NCBI RefSeq assembly: GCF_006345805.1
Contig: NW_021836729.1
Span: forward strand, 1 to 34,363
Direction: 5' to 3'
Source of the DNA: Octopus sinensis
Taxonomy: Eukaryota
DNA: 34,363 nucleotides
Shown: positions 24,212-34,363 of the stretch, piece by piece
How the letters are laid out: every line of letters starts with the position of its first letter
How positions within the stretch are numbered: position 1 is the first letter of the stretch
The notes under the pieces: generated by a model
Databases searched by the model: none
Told to the model about the DNA's origin: nothing
The model's input: the letters and a program-made list of their open reading frames with translations, nothing else
Made by a program: the position numbers and the translations under genes

Positions 24212-24779
24212 CAATTCTGTGCTGCATCATTGTTTTTGTTCCAGCACACGATATCAGATCAGGTCACTTGCTATGCAAGTACATCTCCGTAATTTTTTTT
24301 CATAAAGTCGAAATAATGCAAGTTATAAGAAATGATACGGATGCGGCTTTGTAATTTCGCCTTGTATTTTAATATTTCACGTCTTTAAGAGAACTGCTGA
24401 GGAACTGTACAATGTGCCGGCTTCTCCGATATCTATTTTGATGTTTTGTTAAAATATTAAATGTGTTTGAGGTTAATTTTTGACAGATAAATATTTCGCA
24501 TTTCATTGGAGAAATTTTTTTTCGATAGACTATATTTCGACATTTAATTTTTTTCTTCAGTACTTTCACTGACTTTTCAGTGATGACATTCACAGACAAA
24601 AATTAAATTCCTGTTTATGGAAGCAAAACGCCATCCTTCATGCATGGGTTTCTTTATGTTTGTGATGCGATGAGTGTAGGTGTTTGGATGCTGGAGTGTT
24701 TGTGCGTGTGTGTGTCTGTGTGTCTGTGTCTGTGTGTGTCTGTGTGTGTGTGTGTGTGTGTGTGCAGGGCTTGTTTGGA

Positions 24780-25090
24780 TTCAGCCGCAAGCGTAGTAAG
24801 TTGTTATGAAACTCGTGGTTTCAGGTTCAATTCCACTGAAGTCTCTCGTCAATGTGTGCATGCGTGTATGTGAAAGGATGTGTAGGTGGGTGTATGTGTG
24901 TATCGGTATCCCTCCCTTCCTCTCTCTCTGTCTCTGTCTCGAGGTTTGAAAACCGTATTCAGCTTACTTACCTAGCTGTAACTTAGCAGGTTAGCAGATC
25001 GGAAAAAGCGACCAACAAAATATTTAGCAGCCTGATATTGAGCACTGGGGTCGTTCTAATCGCCTGAGCCCTTGAGGTTGGTACTCCTCT
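24780..25090 (+). mobile_element. Highly degenerate family A-like SINE
   Basis: TCAGGTTCAATTCCACTG head remnant, TAACTTAGCAGGTT body remnant, CTGGGGTCG motif. Confidence 0.4.
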
Positions 25091-25251
25091 ATGGACGTAG
25101 TCAAACACGTAAAGGGATACAGAACATACATAATATATACATATACATAGACGTCTCTATCTTCTCCAGGCACAAAATTAAAACATTACGAGTGACATTA
25201 TTACTGATGTTGATATGATTTATTATATCTTTATATTTAGTCTCATTTTTC

Positions 25252-25318
<67 letters not shown>

Positions 25319-25799
25319 GTTTTTTCCTTCTTTCTTCAAATTTCCTTCCGTTTCTCGCCGAGTGTTTTCCATACACCTAGGGCAGAGAAGCTCAATGTAT
25401 GCATTCCCAGATTACACGCGCAAATTCACAGATAAAATATGTATTTAAAACTTAATAAATAAATAAATTCATGGATGGATGCTGTTTTCACAGCGATAAT
25501 GCTCTTCTTAGTACATGAGCCGTTCCAGTTAATACGATTTTTTGCACTTCCTGTAGGGATGGTAAGCCTGGAATCATTTTCAAATAGGTTTCAGTACCTG
25601 TTTTTATCATTCCTAGAGATCCTACAATCACAGGTACTGTAGTCGCCTTGAGATGCCACATTTTTTCAATTTCTATTAGCAGGTCTTTATATTTACTAAT
25701 CTTGTCAAATTCTTTCGCCGTTATATTGTGATCGCAAGGAATACTCATGTCAATTAATAAACACATCTTTTTTGTCTGATCTTTTATAATAATAACCGG

Positions 25800-25801
<2 letters not shown>
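25319..25801 (-). mobile_element. 5'-truncated non-LTR retrotransposon with restriction-like endonuclease (R4/Dong-like), flanked by (TAA)n
   Basis: Coding remnant plus ~170 bp 3' UTR; (TTA)n at 25253-25318 and 25802-25844. Confidence 0.75.

Positions 25802-25803
<2 letters not shown>
25488..25803 (-). pseudogene. C-terminal RLE (PD-(D/E)xK-type) endonuclease fragment
   Basis: KPVIIIKDQTKKMCLLIDMSIPCDHNITAKEFDKISKYKDL...MW...VPVIVGSLG...GTAHVLRR fits the KPD...D..(E)K..KY pattern of R2/R4/NeSL-type elements; the PD aspartate reads V here. Confidence 0.8.
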
Positions 25804-25844
<41 letters not shown>

Positions 25845-26162
25845 CTTTTACTGAAGAGAATGATTGAAATCTAGTGCAATCATAAAAAGAAAAGCATTGG
25901 TATTATTGTGGTTCTTAAGGCAGTGAGCTGGTAGAATGGCTCCCATGTCGGACAAATTGCTTAGCGATCTTTCGTCTCTTTTTACATTCTGAGATTACAC
26001 TCCATGGATGTCGACTTTTATTCTTTCTACGTGGATGAAATAATTATCAGTTCATCAATAGGGTCGGTGTAATCAACTATTCACCTCCAAACAATTAGGC
26101 CTTGCGTTTATAGAAGAAAGGATTATTGTTGCTGTTGCTATTGTTGTTTTTGTATTAGCATA

Positions 26163-26327
26163 GGCGCAGGTGTGGCTGTGTGGTAAGTAGCTCGTTTACC
26201 AACCACATGGTTCTGGGTTCAGTCCCACTGCGTGGCACCTTGGGCAAGTGTCTTCTACTATAGCCTCGGGCCGACCAATGCCTTGTTAGTGGATATGGTA
26301 GACGGAAACTGAAAGAAGCCCGTTGTA

Positions 26328-26383
<56 letters not shown>

Positions 26384-26600
26384 TGTGTGTGTTTGTGTGT
26401 CTGTGTTTGTCCTCCTAGTATTGATTGACAACCGATGCTGGTGTGTTTATGTCCCCGTTACTTAGCGGTTCGGCAAATGAGACCGATAGAATAAGTACTG
26501 GGCTTACAAAATAATAAGTCCCGGGGTCGATTTGCTTGATTAAAGGCGGTGCTCCAGCATGGCCGCAGTCAAATGACTGAAACAAGTAAGAGAGAGAGAG
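26163..26600 (+). mobile_element. tRNA-derived SINE, family A, best-preserved copy
   Basis: A-box TGGCTGTGTGG, B-box-like GGTTCAGTCCC, CORE/MIR-like ACCTTGGGCAAGT, tail GGCGGTGCTCCAGCATGGCCGCAGTCAAATGACTGAAACAAGTAAGAG. Confidence 0.9.
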
Positions 26601-26631
26601 AGAGTATAGAATAAATAAATGTTCCTTCTCA

Positions 26632-26814
26632 AGCCATGCCAGGCTCTTAAGAGCCGGTTTCCCGGTTTCAATGGAGTGGAAGTTTCCCACCTGGAGCAAC
26701 GTGAAAATGAAGTGTTTTGCTCAAGAACACAACGCATTGCCCGGTCATGGAATCGAAGCCACAACCATACGATCATGAATTCAACACTCTAACCACTAAG
26801 CCAGGTGCCCCCAC
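26632..26814 (-). mobile_element. tRNA-derived SINE, family C
   Basis: Minus head with A-box TGGCTTAGTGG and B-box-like TTCGATTCC; matches 313-507. Confidence 0.75.
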
Positions 26815-27025
26815 CTTGAATTATCATGGCTATTATTAATTTTAGGCTACTTTTATTATCATTACCATTCAGTTGTTATATTTTCATTGTGTACTTTCAC
26901 TGCACTACAGTGCACAGCTCGGTGTGCCTTACGCATACACTTGATGTTTTGTTTTTGTTATTAGTATTTGTAATCTAATATTGATTTCAAATCTTTCGGG
27001 CGGGGGTGACACTGATAAATATCTG

Positions 27026-27130
27026 GTAATTATTTTATCGACCTCAAAAGACACCGTCGATCTCAGTGGAACGTGAAAGACGAAATTCCGCTAAGCATTT
27101 CGCTCGACGTGCTAACGATTCTACCAGCTT
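27026..27130 (-). mobile_element. SINE family B fragment
   Basis: GCTAAGCATTTCGCTCGACGTGCTAACGATTCTACCAGCT is the reverse complement of the family B head. Confidence 0.65.
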
Positions 27131-27146
27131 ATTTCTGATGCTATTT

Positions 27147-27365
27147 AAGGCGGCGTGCTGGCCGAATCGTTAGCACGCCGGGAAAAATGCTGCAAAACAT
27201 TTTGCTCGTGTTTACGATCTTAGTACACATCCTAGCAAGGTCTACTTTGCCTTTCATTACTTTCTAGGTTAATAAAATAAAAACCAATTGAGCACTGGAG
27301 TCGATGTAATCGATTTTCCTTTTTCCCCTGAAATTACTGTCCTTGAGCTAAAATGTGAAACCAAT
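27147..27365 (+). mobile_element. SINE family B, degenerate
   Basis: AAGGCGGCGTGCTGGCCGAATCGTTAGCACGCCGGG...ACTTTGCCTTTCAT...GAGCACTGGAGTCGATGTAATCGA. Confidence 0.7.
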
Positions 27366-27381
27366 GTTCCTCATGTTATTA

Positions 27382-27771
27382 ATAATCCTTTCTAATATAG
27401 GTACAAGGCCTGAAATTTGGGGGAGAGGGGACTAGTCGATTATATCGCCTCCAGGACTCAACTGGTTCTTATTTTTTCGACCCAGAAAGGATAAAAGGCA
27501 AAGTCGACCTCGGCGGATTTTGAGCTCAGATGAAACACGTATTTCTTTACTACCCATGAGGGGCTAAACACAGAGAGGACAAACAAAGACAGACAAACGG
27601 ATTAAGTCGATTACATCGACCCCAGTGCGTAACTGGTACTTAATTGATCGACTCCGAAAGTATGAAAAGCTAAGTCTCCTTCGGTGGAATTTGAACTCAG
27701 AACATAGCGGCAGACGAAATACCACTAAGCATTTCGGCCGGCGTGCTAACGATTCTGCCAGCTCGCCGCTT
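27382..27771 (-). mobile_element. SINE family B, full length with duplicated body
   Basis: Colinear reverse complement of 7441-7838. Confidence 0.85.
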
Positions 27772-28477
27772 AATTAATGTTATTAATTTTTACCTCTATC
27801 GTTTTCTTTTCGTTACTTTTTAATTTGTGAGTAATAAATAGGAGCAATCCACTTTTGATTGTGTAGCATATACAAATGGGAAAATAAGTTATATTTGTTT
27901 CAATTTTATGATTTGAAAGTTCCATAGACTAATAAATGTTTTCTTAAATTGTTCTGGACTGTTGAGAAAATCTGCATTTCTTCAGTCTTTGATGTTATCA
28001 GCAAAGTATAATATTTCATAACTTGCTTTTTTCATTAGCAGTTTAAACCGATTTTATTTATAGCCCTCTCTTCATTTTTCCACTTCTCTTCTTTCCTTTT
28101 TCAATTTCATCTCTTTCAGTTTATAACTCTTCATATGTTTCATAACAAAAATTTCCTGCCTACATTTAGGGACAAACACGATTCCAATAATATTTTTCTC
28201 TATGGTAATCGACTGATGCTGGTATTACTAGGTTATATTTGTTTCGTAGCCTCTCGAAACAGATGTAGTAAATCATTCGAAAATTCAATTGTTGGTTTTT
28301 GATAATTCGTAATAGCATATGATAGGTCGCAATTAAGATCATACCCAATTTCTTGGTGAGTAATAAGTTTATATTATGATATGAAAACTGAGTCAAAACA
28401 GCAGGTAAAATATGTAACACGAAGAGGAAGAGAGGTTAGAAACTCTGTAACAAATTTTTCGCTATCTGATTTTTGAA

Positions 28478-28740
28478 TACAACCCTCCAGTAGTATTCAA
28501 AAACTTGATAGCTAACCTGTCTTCCTATAAATACATTTTCGAGAAGGCAGTCCCATACTACAACAATGCCCTAGCCAATACTGACTTTAAGGATAAATTA
28601 ATATATTGCCCTTCTAATATTAATCGGAAGAATAACAGACTTAAAAATACACCTAAGAAAAATAATTTGGTTCGCCCTTCGCTTTTCCCTTAACGTAAAA
28701 CTATCATAGATAAGATTCCTGTTCCATAGATAATTTTCCA
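28478..28740 (+). pseudogene. Penelope-like element ORF fragment (post-RT region), frameshifted
   Basis: NPPVVFKNL...NLSS...IFEKAVPYYNNAL, then after a frameshift RKIIWFALRFSLNVKTII; matches the HPP...RKIIWFNPPFS.NVKTNIG pattern recalled for PLEs. Confidence 0.65.
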
Positions 28741-29305
28741 AATTAAATCTGTCATATATGAGGCACAAATTACAGCAACGCAATATAATAACCGAGCGAA
28801 TAAGAAGCACTGTACCGGATTTGTGAAGGAGAATTTAAAAATCGCCAAGCTAATTACATACATTCTTTCCATCACAGAGACAAAAGTAAAACTACTAAAC
28901 TGGGTATCCACGAATGGGATTCGAACCCGAACGCCACACTACTTAATATAAAGTCGAAAACAAATTTAAAAACTGCAAGCTATGCGTGGCTAAAAGAACT
29001 CAGACACTTTTCAGACCTAAGAACTCTAAATTACTGCTAAACTCTAGAACTGAAATATTCAGCAATGGTGAGCATATGATTAAGTTCATGTAGACAAGTT
29101 GGAAAGTGCATCCATCACCATTGAGCAACTGCACTAGAGGTTCTAAGCCGCTATCTTTTCAGCCTAACTTACAGTCAAAGGGAAGTAAGTCTCATCTCCC
29201 ACTTCTGCTTTTTTCTGATTTCATTTTTGTTTTCCAGTTTTCAACCTGCCACCTTTTACTCTTATATATATATATATATATAATATATATATATTATATA
29301 TATAT

Positions 29306-29341
<36 letters not shown>

Positions 29342-29353
29342 CATACATATATA

Positions 29354-31548
29354 CTTTGATAGGTTTCGGCCATTATTGGCCAGGCCATGTCCAACTTAAT
29401 AGCACCACCTGGTGAAGTCTTTCAAGTCAGAATTTGGGCACTATGGCCCACTCAAGTAGAGAGTTATTGTTTACAGAGACATATCCGGGTGTAGGGGGTT
29501 TATCCGGGATTTCTTGAAGGAATCTGTCCAAAGACTTCTTGAACCCTATAGGGTCAGTTTCTGTTTTAATGTGTTTTGGTGTAATGTTAAAGAGAGCGAG
29601 GCCAATTGAGGTGAAATAATTGTGCCGTATTGTTGTTATGAGATGAGAGTGCGATTTTTGTTTTGGGCGGATGGCACGGGGCCCAAGCATTGGATGTACC
29701 TTAAAGGTGATGCCAACATCATTTGGGCAATGCTCATGGAATATTTTCCACATCATGCAGATGATGTAGCGCTCACGACGACGTTGGAGAGAATAAAGTT
29801 TTAGCTTTTCTAGTCGACCCCAATAGTCGAGGCCTGTCATGCCATCTATCTTTTTTGTGATTGCCCTTTGAGGTGCTTCAACTTTTATGATACCTTGTAT
29901 TGTGTGGGGAGACCACAGTGGACAACAGTATTCAAGATGGGGTCGGGCAAAAGTGGAGAAGAGAAGGATAATGGTGTGGATATCTCTCGACTGGAAAGTT
30001 CTGAGAATCCAGGAACACATTCTGCGGGCCATGTCAACTTTGGTGTTTATATGAGTGGCCCAGCTTATGTTGTTGTCCACAATTACTCCCAAGTCTCTGA
30101 TGTTGTTGGACGCCGCGAGAGTTTCACCTGAAGGAAGGGAGTATGGGAGTTTCAGGGCATCCTCTTTTCCAAAGTGGATTAACTCAAATTTATCCTCGTT
30201 CAGCAGCATATTGTTTTTTTATGCCCATTGGATAACAGTCAGTAGATCTGACTGAAGGCATGTCCGGTCACTCGCCTCATTTATGACCTTCTGTAGCTTG
30301 GAATCATCTGCAAAAATTTTTATGTTGCTGTGCTTGCTGATGTCATTAATGTCATTAATGTAAATGATGAAAAGAAGTGGGCCCAGCACAGTGCCTTGCG
30401 GAACGCCACTACTGACTTTGGCTGGGCTTGATTTTACCCCTTCAACTACAACATGTTGAGATCTGTCTGTCAGGAAACACTTGATCCATTTCAGTAACTT
30501 TCCAGAGACACCAATGTTGGATAGTTTTTTCAATAGGATCTTGTGATCGACCCTGTCGAAGGCCTTACTGAAATCAAGGTAGATGACATCGGTGTTGGAG
30601 CCCTCTCCCAAAGCTCTCAAAATGTCATCAAAGTGATGCAGGAGCTGCGTTAGGCAGTCCCTTCCATTACGGAACTCATGTTGGTTGGAGATCAGCCGTC
30701 TGTTGCTTTCCAGAAATTGGGTTTTCGAGATCTCACCACCCTCTCAAATACCTTGATGATATGAGAGGTGAGTGAGATCTGACGGTAGTTCACTGCAAGG
30801 GACTTGTTTCCCTTTTTGAAAACTGGGACAACAGACTGGGACAGAAGGTTTTTTGGAATATAGCCAGCTCCAGTGAGTTTCTCCACAGATTAGCAAGGGG
30901 AGATGCAAGTTGGTGTCGACACACCTTCAGGACACAAGCAGGGAACCTATCGGGGCCTACTGCTGAATTGTGTTTATTTCGTTTATCGCCGCTAAGACAA
31001 CAGGGGCACTAAACGTTATGTCCGATATAGTGTGTTGGGGGTTGACATCACTGATACAGCCCAGATCGGCCATATCAGGTTTGCTGAAAACAGAGCAGTA
31101 TTGTTTCTGCAGTATCTCGGCCATGGATTTGGCATTATCTTGGAGAGTGCCAGTTTCGTCAATTAGAGGGCCAACAGTGGAGACAGTGACCCTGCGTTTC
31201 CTCGCAATGAAAAGAACACTTTGGGGTTGAGTTTGATTTTTTCAATGGCCCACTTCTCCTAGCTGATCTTTGGTTATTGATGAGGGTCTTCATGCATTGT
31301 TGGGAGTTATATTTTTTGGATTCAAGCAGTGCGATAGCCGTCGAATGTGTGTGTTGCTGTTGGCAGTACTTTAGTTTGTTAATTTTTTTGTTTGTTCTTT
31401 TTATTTTTCTGATAATGGTTTTTCTGTTTTGGGGGATTCTGCACTTTTTGTTCACAGGTCTTGGTGAGGAGTGTTTTGCACATATGTCTGTGACGGTGTC
31501 TACAAAGATCTGCCAAGATGTTTTATGGTTGGTGGAGATGTTGGTGGA
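29354..31548 (-). mobile_element. 5'-truncated CR1-like LINE, ~2.2 kb
   Basis: Continuous but frameshifted ORF2 remnant plus short 3' UTR with a GGCC-AATAAT-GGCC hairpin. (TA)n on both flanks. Confidence 0.9.
29427..31460 (-). pseudogene. Reverse transcriptase remnant of CR1-type ORF2, several frameshifts
   Basis: VVPVFKKG...NYRQISLTS, DVIYLDFSKAFDRVDH, SGVPQGTVLGPLLFIIYINDI, IFADDSKL, IRDLGVIVD, RPHLEYCCPLWSP, LYSLQRRRER. Confidence 0.92.
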
Positions 31549-31594
31549 TATATATATATATACTTATATTAAAACAGATTAGGAGATCGAAAAT

Positions 31595-31637
31595 CCACCT
31601 GACGAATGTCATTGAAGACATGAAACGATTGTAGTGG
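31595..31637 (+). ncRNA. Type I hammerhead with canonical CUGACGA core; predicted cleavage after A31633 (GUA)
   Basis: CCAC-CTGACGA-ATGTC ATTGAA GACAT-GAA-ACGATTGT-A-GTGG: stem I 4 bp, stem II 5 bp (A-U rather than G-C at 10.1-11.1), near-palindromic stem III. Confidence 0.75.
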
Positions 31638-31737
31638 CGGTTTATTTCTTTATATTAAAAATGTTTATGTATTGATTAAGTCTTTCTTGTTTGTTTTGCA
31701 AAATAGTGGTTTTGTCTCGAATTATATTATATATATA

Positions 31738-31777
<40 letters not shown>

Positions 31778-31786
<9 letters not shown>

Positions 31787-31957
31787 CTCTCCTTCTTTCT
31801 GTGTTTTTCTCTCTGTGTATCTTTCTGTTGAAGAGCGTAGGCTCGAAACTTTAAAGACGTGTTTTATTTATATTTCCTGAGCGCCATACTAATACAATTG
31901 TTCGTTTGTTTTCCACCTGCCTTCGTCCCTTTTGTTTTATTTTCATAAAGCTTCCCG
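31778..31957 (+). mobile_element. pLTR-like repeat fragment, same family as 8725-8943
   Basis: Colinear similarity by eye; (TA)n on both flanks. Confidence 0.55.
31820..31857 (+). ncRNA. Hammerhead-like motif (core CUGUUGA+A), stem III mutated
   Basis: TCTTT-CTGTTGA-A-GAGC GTAG GCTC-GAA-ACTT-T-AAAGA. Confidence 0.45.
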
Positions 31958-31968
31958 TTATATATATA

Positions 31969-32040
<72 letters not shown>

Positions 32041-32500
32041 CATATATATTTCTGTATGAATGTATAACACAAAAAATCATTCGAGTGTTTACACACACGA
32101 AATATGGAATCGCATCTGTTAATCTTATCTGCGGTCAATATTTTTAAATGATAACATTAGCAACAGTAACATAGGCAGGTTCAATTGGTCTAATAGCATT
32201 TTAGATATAGATTTAAATTAGCATAAGGCATAAGGATGCAGAATGTATATAGCAGGATGTATATGTACATGTATGTGTGTGTGCGTACATGTGTACATAA
32301 TGTATATACGTATATGCAGGAGTGTGAGTGTATGCCTGTATGTATATATATATATGTATAGATATTATATATATATATAATATATATATATATTATAATA
32401 TAGATATATGTATATATATATATATATATGCATATATATGTATATATATATATGTTATATATAGGTATATGTTATATATTATAATATATATATATATATA

Positions 32501-32540
<40 letters not shown>

Positions 32541-32819
32541 CACGTATACTCGAATGTATAAATGTTTAAATACATGTTTGTGTGAGTGTGTACATGTCTG
32601 ATGTCTATGTAGTGGGAGAATATGGCTTCGTGCATTTTTTATTTTATCTTTTATCATTTTCTACTTATTCGAGTAACTTCCCTTTTATCAACGATTTTTC
32701 ATAGCGTATGTTGTCTTAATACCCGACGAGAATGCATCGTAGCTCTTCGCTTCTGCATTTCCAAACTCTGAGTACGATAATGCCAATAGTGATGTTCTAA
32801 ACTAAACATACATACATAC

Positions 32820-32861
<42 letters not shown>

Positions 32862-32984
32862 CTATCTAATATGTATGTATATATATGGTTTTATGTATCT
32901 ATGTTTGTAGTATGTATGTATGTATGTATGTATGTATGTATGTATGTATATATATATATAATATATGTATATATATATCGTATA

Positions 32985-33140
32985 ATATTAGGGAGTATAT
33001 CCAAACTTACAGGAAAAATTAAATTTAGGATTAGATCAAATTTCACAGTATAAATATAAATTAAATTAGAGATAAAACCACTATTAGGCAACTCAAACAG
33101 TGATAGACATAAACCAAAACATTTAAACAAAAATAAATAT
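32985..33140 (-). repeat. Fragment related to the repeat at 31660-31720
   Basis: Minus strand AAATGTTTTGGTTTATGTCT...AATAGTGGTTTTATCTCTAATT resembles AAATGTTTATG...AATAGTGGTTTTGTCTCGAATT. Confidence 0.4.
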
Positions 33141-33470
33141 AATTAATACACAAAATATATATAAAATATAAAATTGAAAATTGTGGGCAGACACTGATGA
33201 TTGTTCTAGGACACCAGACTTGTTACAAAACACTCATGGACATCTTCTCAAGATACGAAACTAATAGTAGCACATAAAAAACATATGCTCTTTTTATTAA
33301 ATAATATTTCCCTGTCTCTCTCTACGGATGGAGGGAGGGAAGTATTATTTCTCCTTTCGTGATCTTATCAACACGGAACAGTATACAATATATATAATAT
33401 ATATATATATATATATGAAAAAAAACAAGTCAAGATAGGAAAATCTAAAATAATTTTATAAAGAACATTT

Positions 33471-33507
33471 CACTACCGGTTTCGGTCATTTGAGACCTTT
33501 TCAACTG
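33471..33507 (-). ncRNA. Type I hammerhead, U3-A8 core, left-arm copy with stem I mismatch
   Basis: Minus strand CAG-TTGAAAA-GGTC TCAAAT GACC-GAA-ACCGGT-A-GTG. Confidence 0.55.
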
Positions 33508-33681
33508 TAACTATTAAATAATTAAATTTAGAAAAATTAAAAGAAAAGTTTTAATAAAAGAATATTTGTATAGTGTTCAAATATAAAAACAAGGAAAATG
33601 CCACTTATATTTGAACACTATGCAAATATTCTTTTAAAAACTTTTCCTTTAATTTTTCTAAATTTAATTATTTAATAGTTA

Positions 33682-33718
33682 CAGTTGAAAAGGTCTCAAA
33701 TGACCGAAACCGGTACTG
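33682..33718 (+). ncRNA. Type I hammerhead, U3-A8 core; predicted cleavage after A33715 (GUA)
   Basis: CAG-TTGAAAA-GGTC TCAAAT GACC-GAA-ACCGGT-A-CTG; stem I extends after an A-A mismatch by GTT/AAT. Confidence 0.7.
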
Positions 33719-34363
33719 AAATGTTCTTTATAAAATTATTTTAGCATTTTATATCTTGACTTGTTTTTTCATATATATCAACTCGTGTGTCCTTTTCATC
33801 CTTATACATATATATATATAATTATATACATATCTATGTATGTATATTTCTGCGAGTGTCTGCTTGCAAGCGTGTATGTGTGTGTGTGTGTGTAAAAAAT
33901 GCGTGTATTACTGGTGGTTCTCTGAAGTTTGATGATGAAATCTCAATTGCGCGCTAAAAAGAATAATCCGATCCTGAATGACAGAGCCTGTGGCTGAGAA
34001 TTTCACAAACGCATGTACTGTGGAGTTCATTTTCAGCCAAACTGCGCATCACAAAGCTTTGCCTTTTGAAAGGTAGGTACAATTTACTGGAAGGCCTTCT
34101 ATGGCTTTCCCAGTTTTACATGTAGACAGATGATTTCACGGCACAAGATGCCTAAAAGAGCTATCGGAAGCAGTACTTCATACTTGTGGAGCGAACTTCC
34201 ATACATATTGCCAAAATGCCTACACAGACTCACGTAAAATACAATGCACACACACTTACATACGCACGCACATACAGATACATGCAAGAATAAATACACA
34301 TTCATATTACTACGGCACTCCGTCGGTTACGACGACAAGGGTCCCATCTGATAAGTTCAACGG

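Larger units (their letters stand above)
33411..33777. repeat. Long inverted repeat, ~175 bp arms (33411-33586, 33605-33777) with an 18 bp spacer
   Basis: Arms are reverse complements with a few substitutions and indels; (TA)n outside both arms. Confidence 0.92.

Noticed and set aside
28915-28930. GGGATTCGAACCC, reverse complement of a perfect tRNA B-box
   Set aside because: No A-box or cloverleaf upstream on the minus strand; not a tRNA gene.
29361-29390. Minus-strand GGCC-AATAAT-GGCC-GAAAC resembling a hammerhead 3' half
   Set aside because: No NUGANN'A core upstream; better explained as the CR1 3' UTR stem-loop.
33193-33262. CTGATGA ... CGAAAC
   Set aside because: The intervening ~55 nt forms no closing stem II, and stems I and III are absent.
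34310-34363. GC-richer stretch at the window edge resembling the 3' end of another octopus repeat
   Set aside because: Only ~50 nt visible and no second copy in the window, so it cannot be supported.

Overview
AT-rich, microsatellite-dense, repeat-dominated eukaryotic DNA. The SINE sequences resemble those of octopus/coleoid cephalopods (recognised from memory, not searched). No host protein-coding gene is supported: nearly all ORF-track entries are translated (TA)n/(CA)n/(GATA)n/(TAA)n repeats. Real coding remnants are all retroelement-derived: a frameshifted CR1-like RT (29.4-31.5 kb, minus), the C-terminal restriction-like endonuclease of an R4/Dong-like element inserted in a (TAA)n tract (25.3-25.8 kb, minus) and a Penelope-like ORF fragment (28.5-28.7 kb). 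Also present: three tRNA-derived SINE families, a non-autonomous Helitron and two MITE candidates. The main hidden signal is a set of minimal type I hammerhead ribozyme folds in five unrelated repeat families. Their stems differ, stem III is (near-)palindromic, and the core 3-8 pair covaries (C-G, U-A, G-C). One family forms a ~355-360 bp tandem array with an inverted arm (10.05-11.42 kb) that looks like a retrozyme or Penelope pLTR array able to release unit-length RNAs. All folds were derived by eye; activity and expression are untested. SINE boundaries are approximate.
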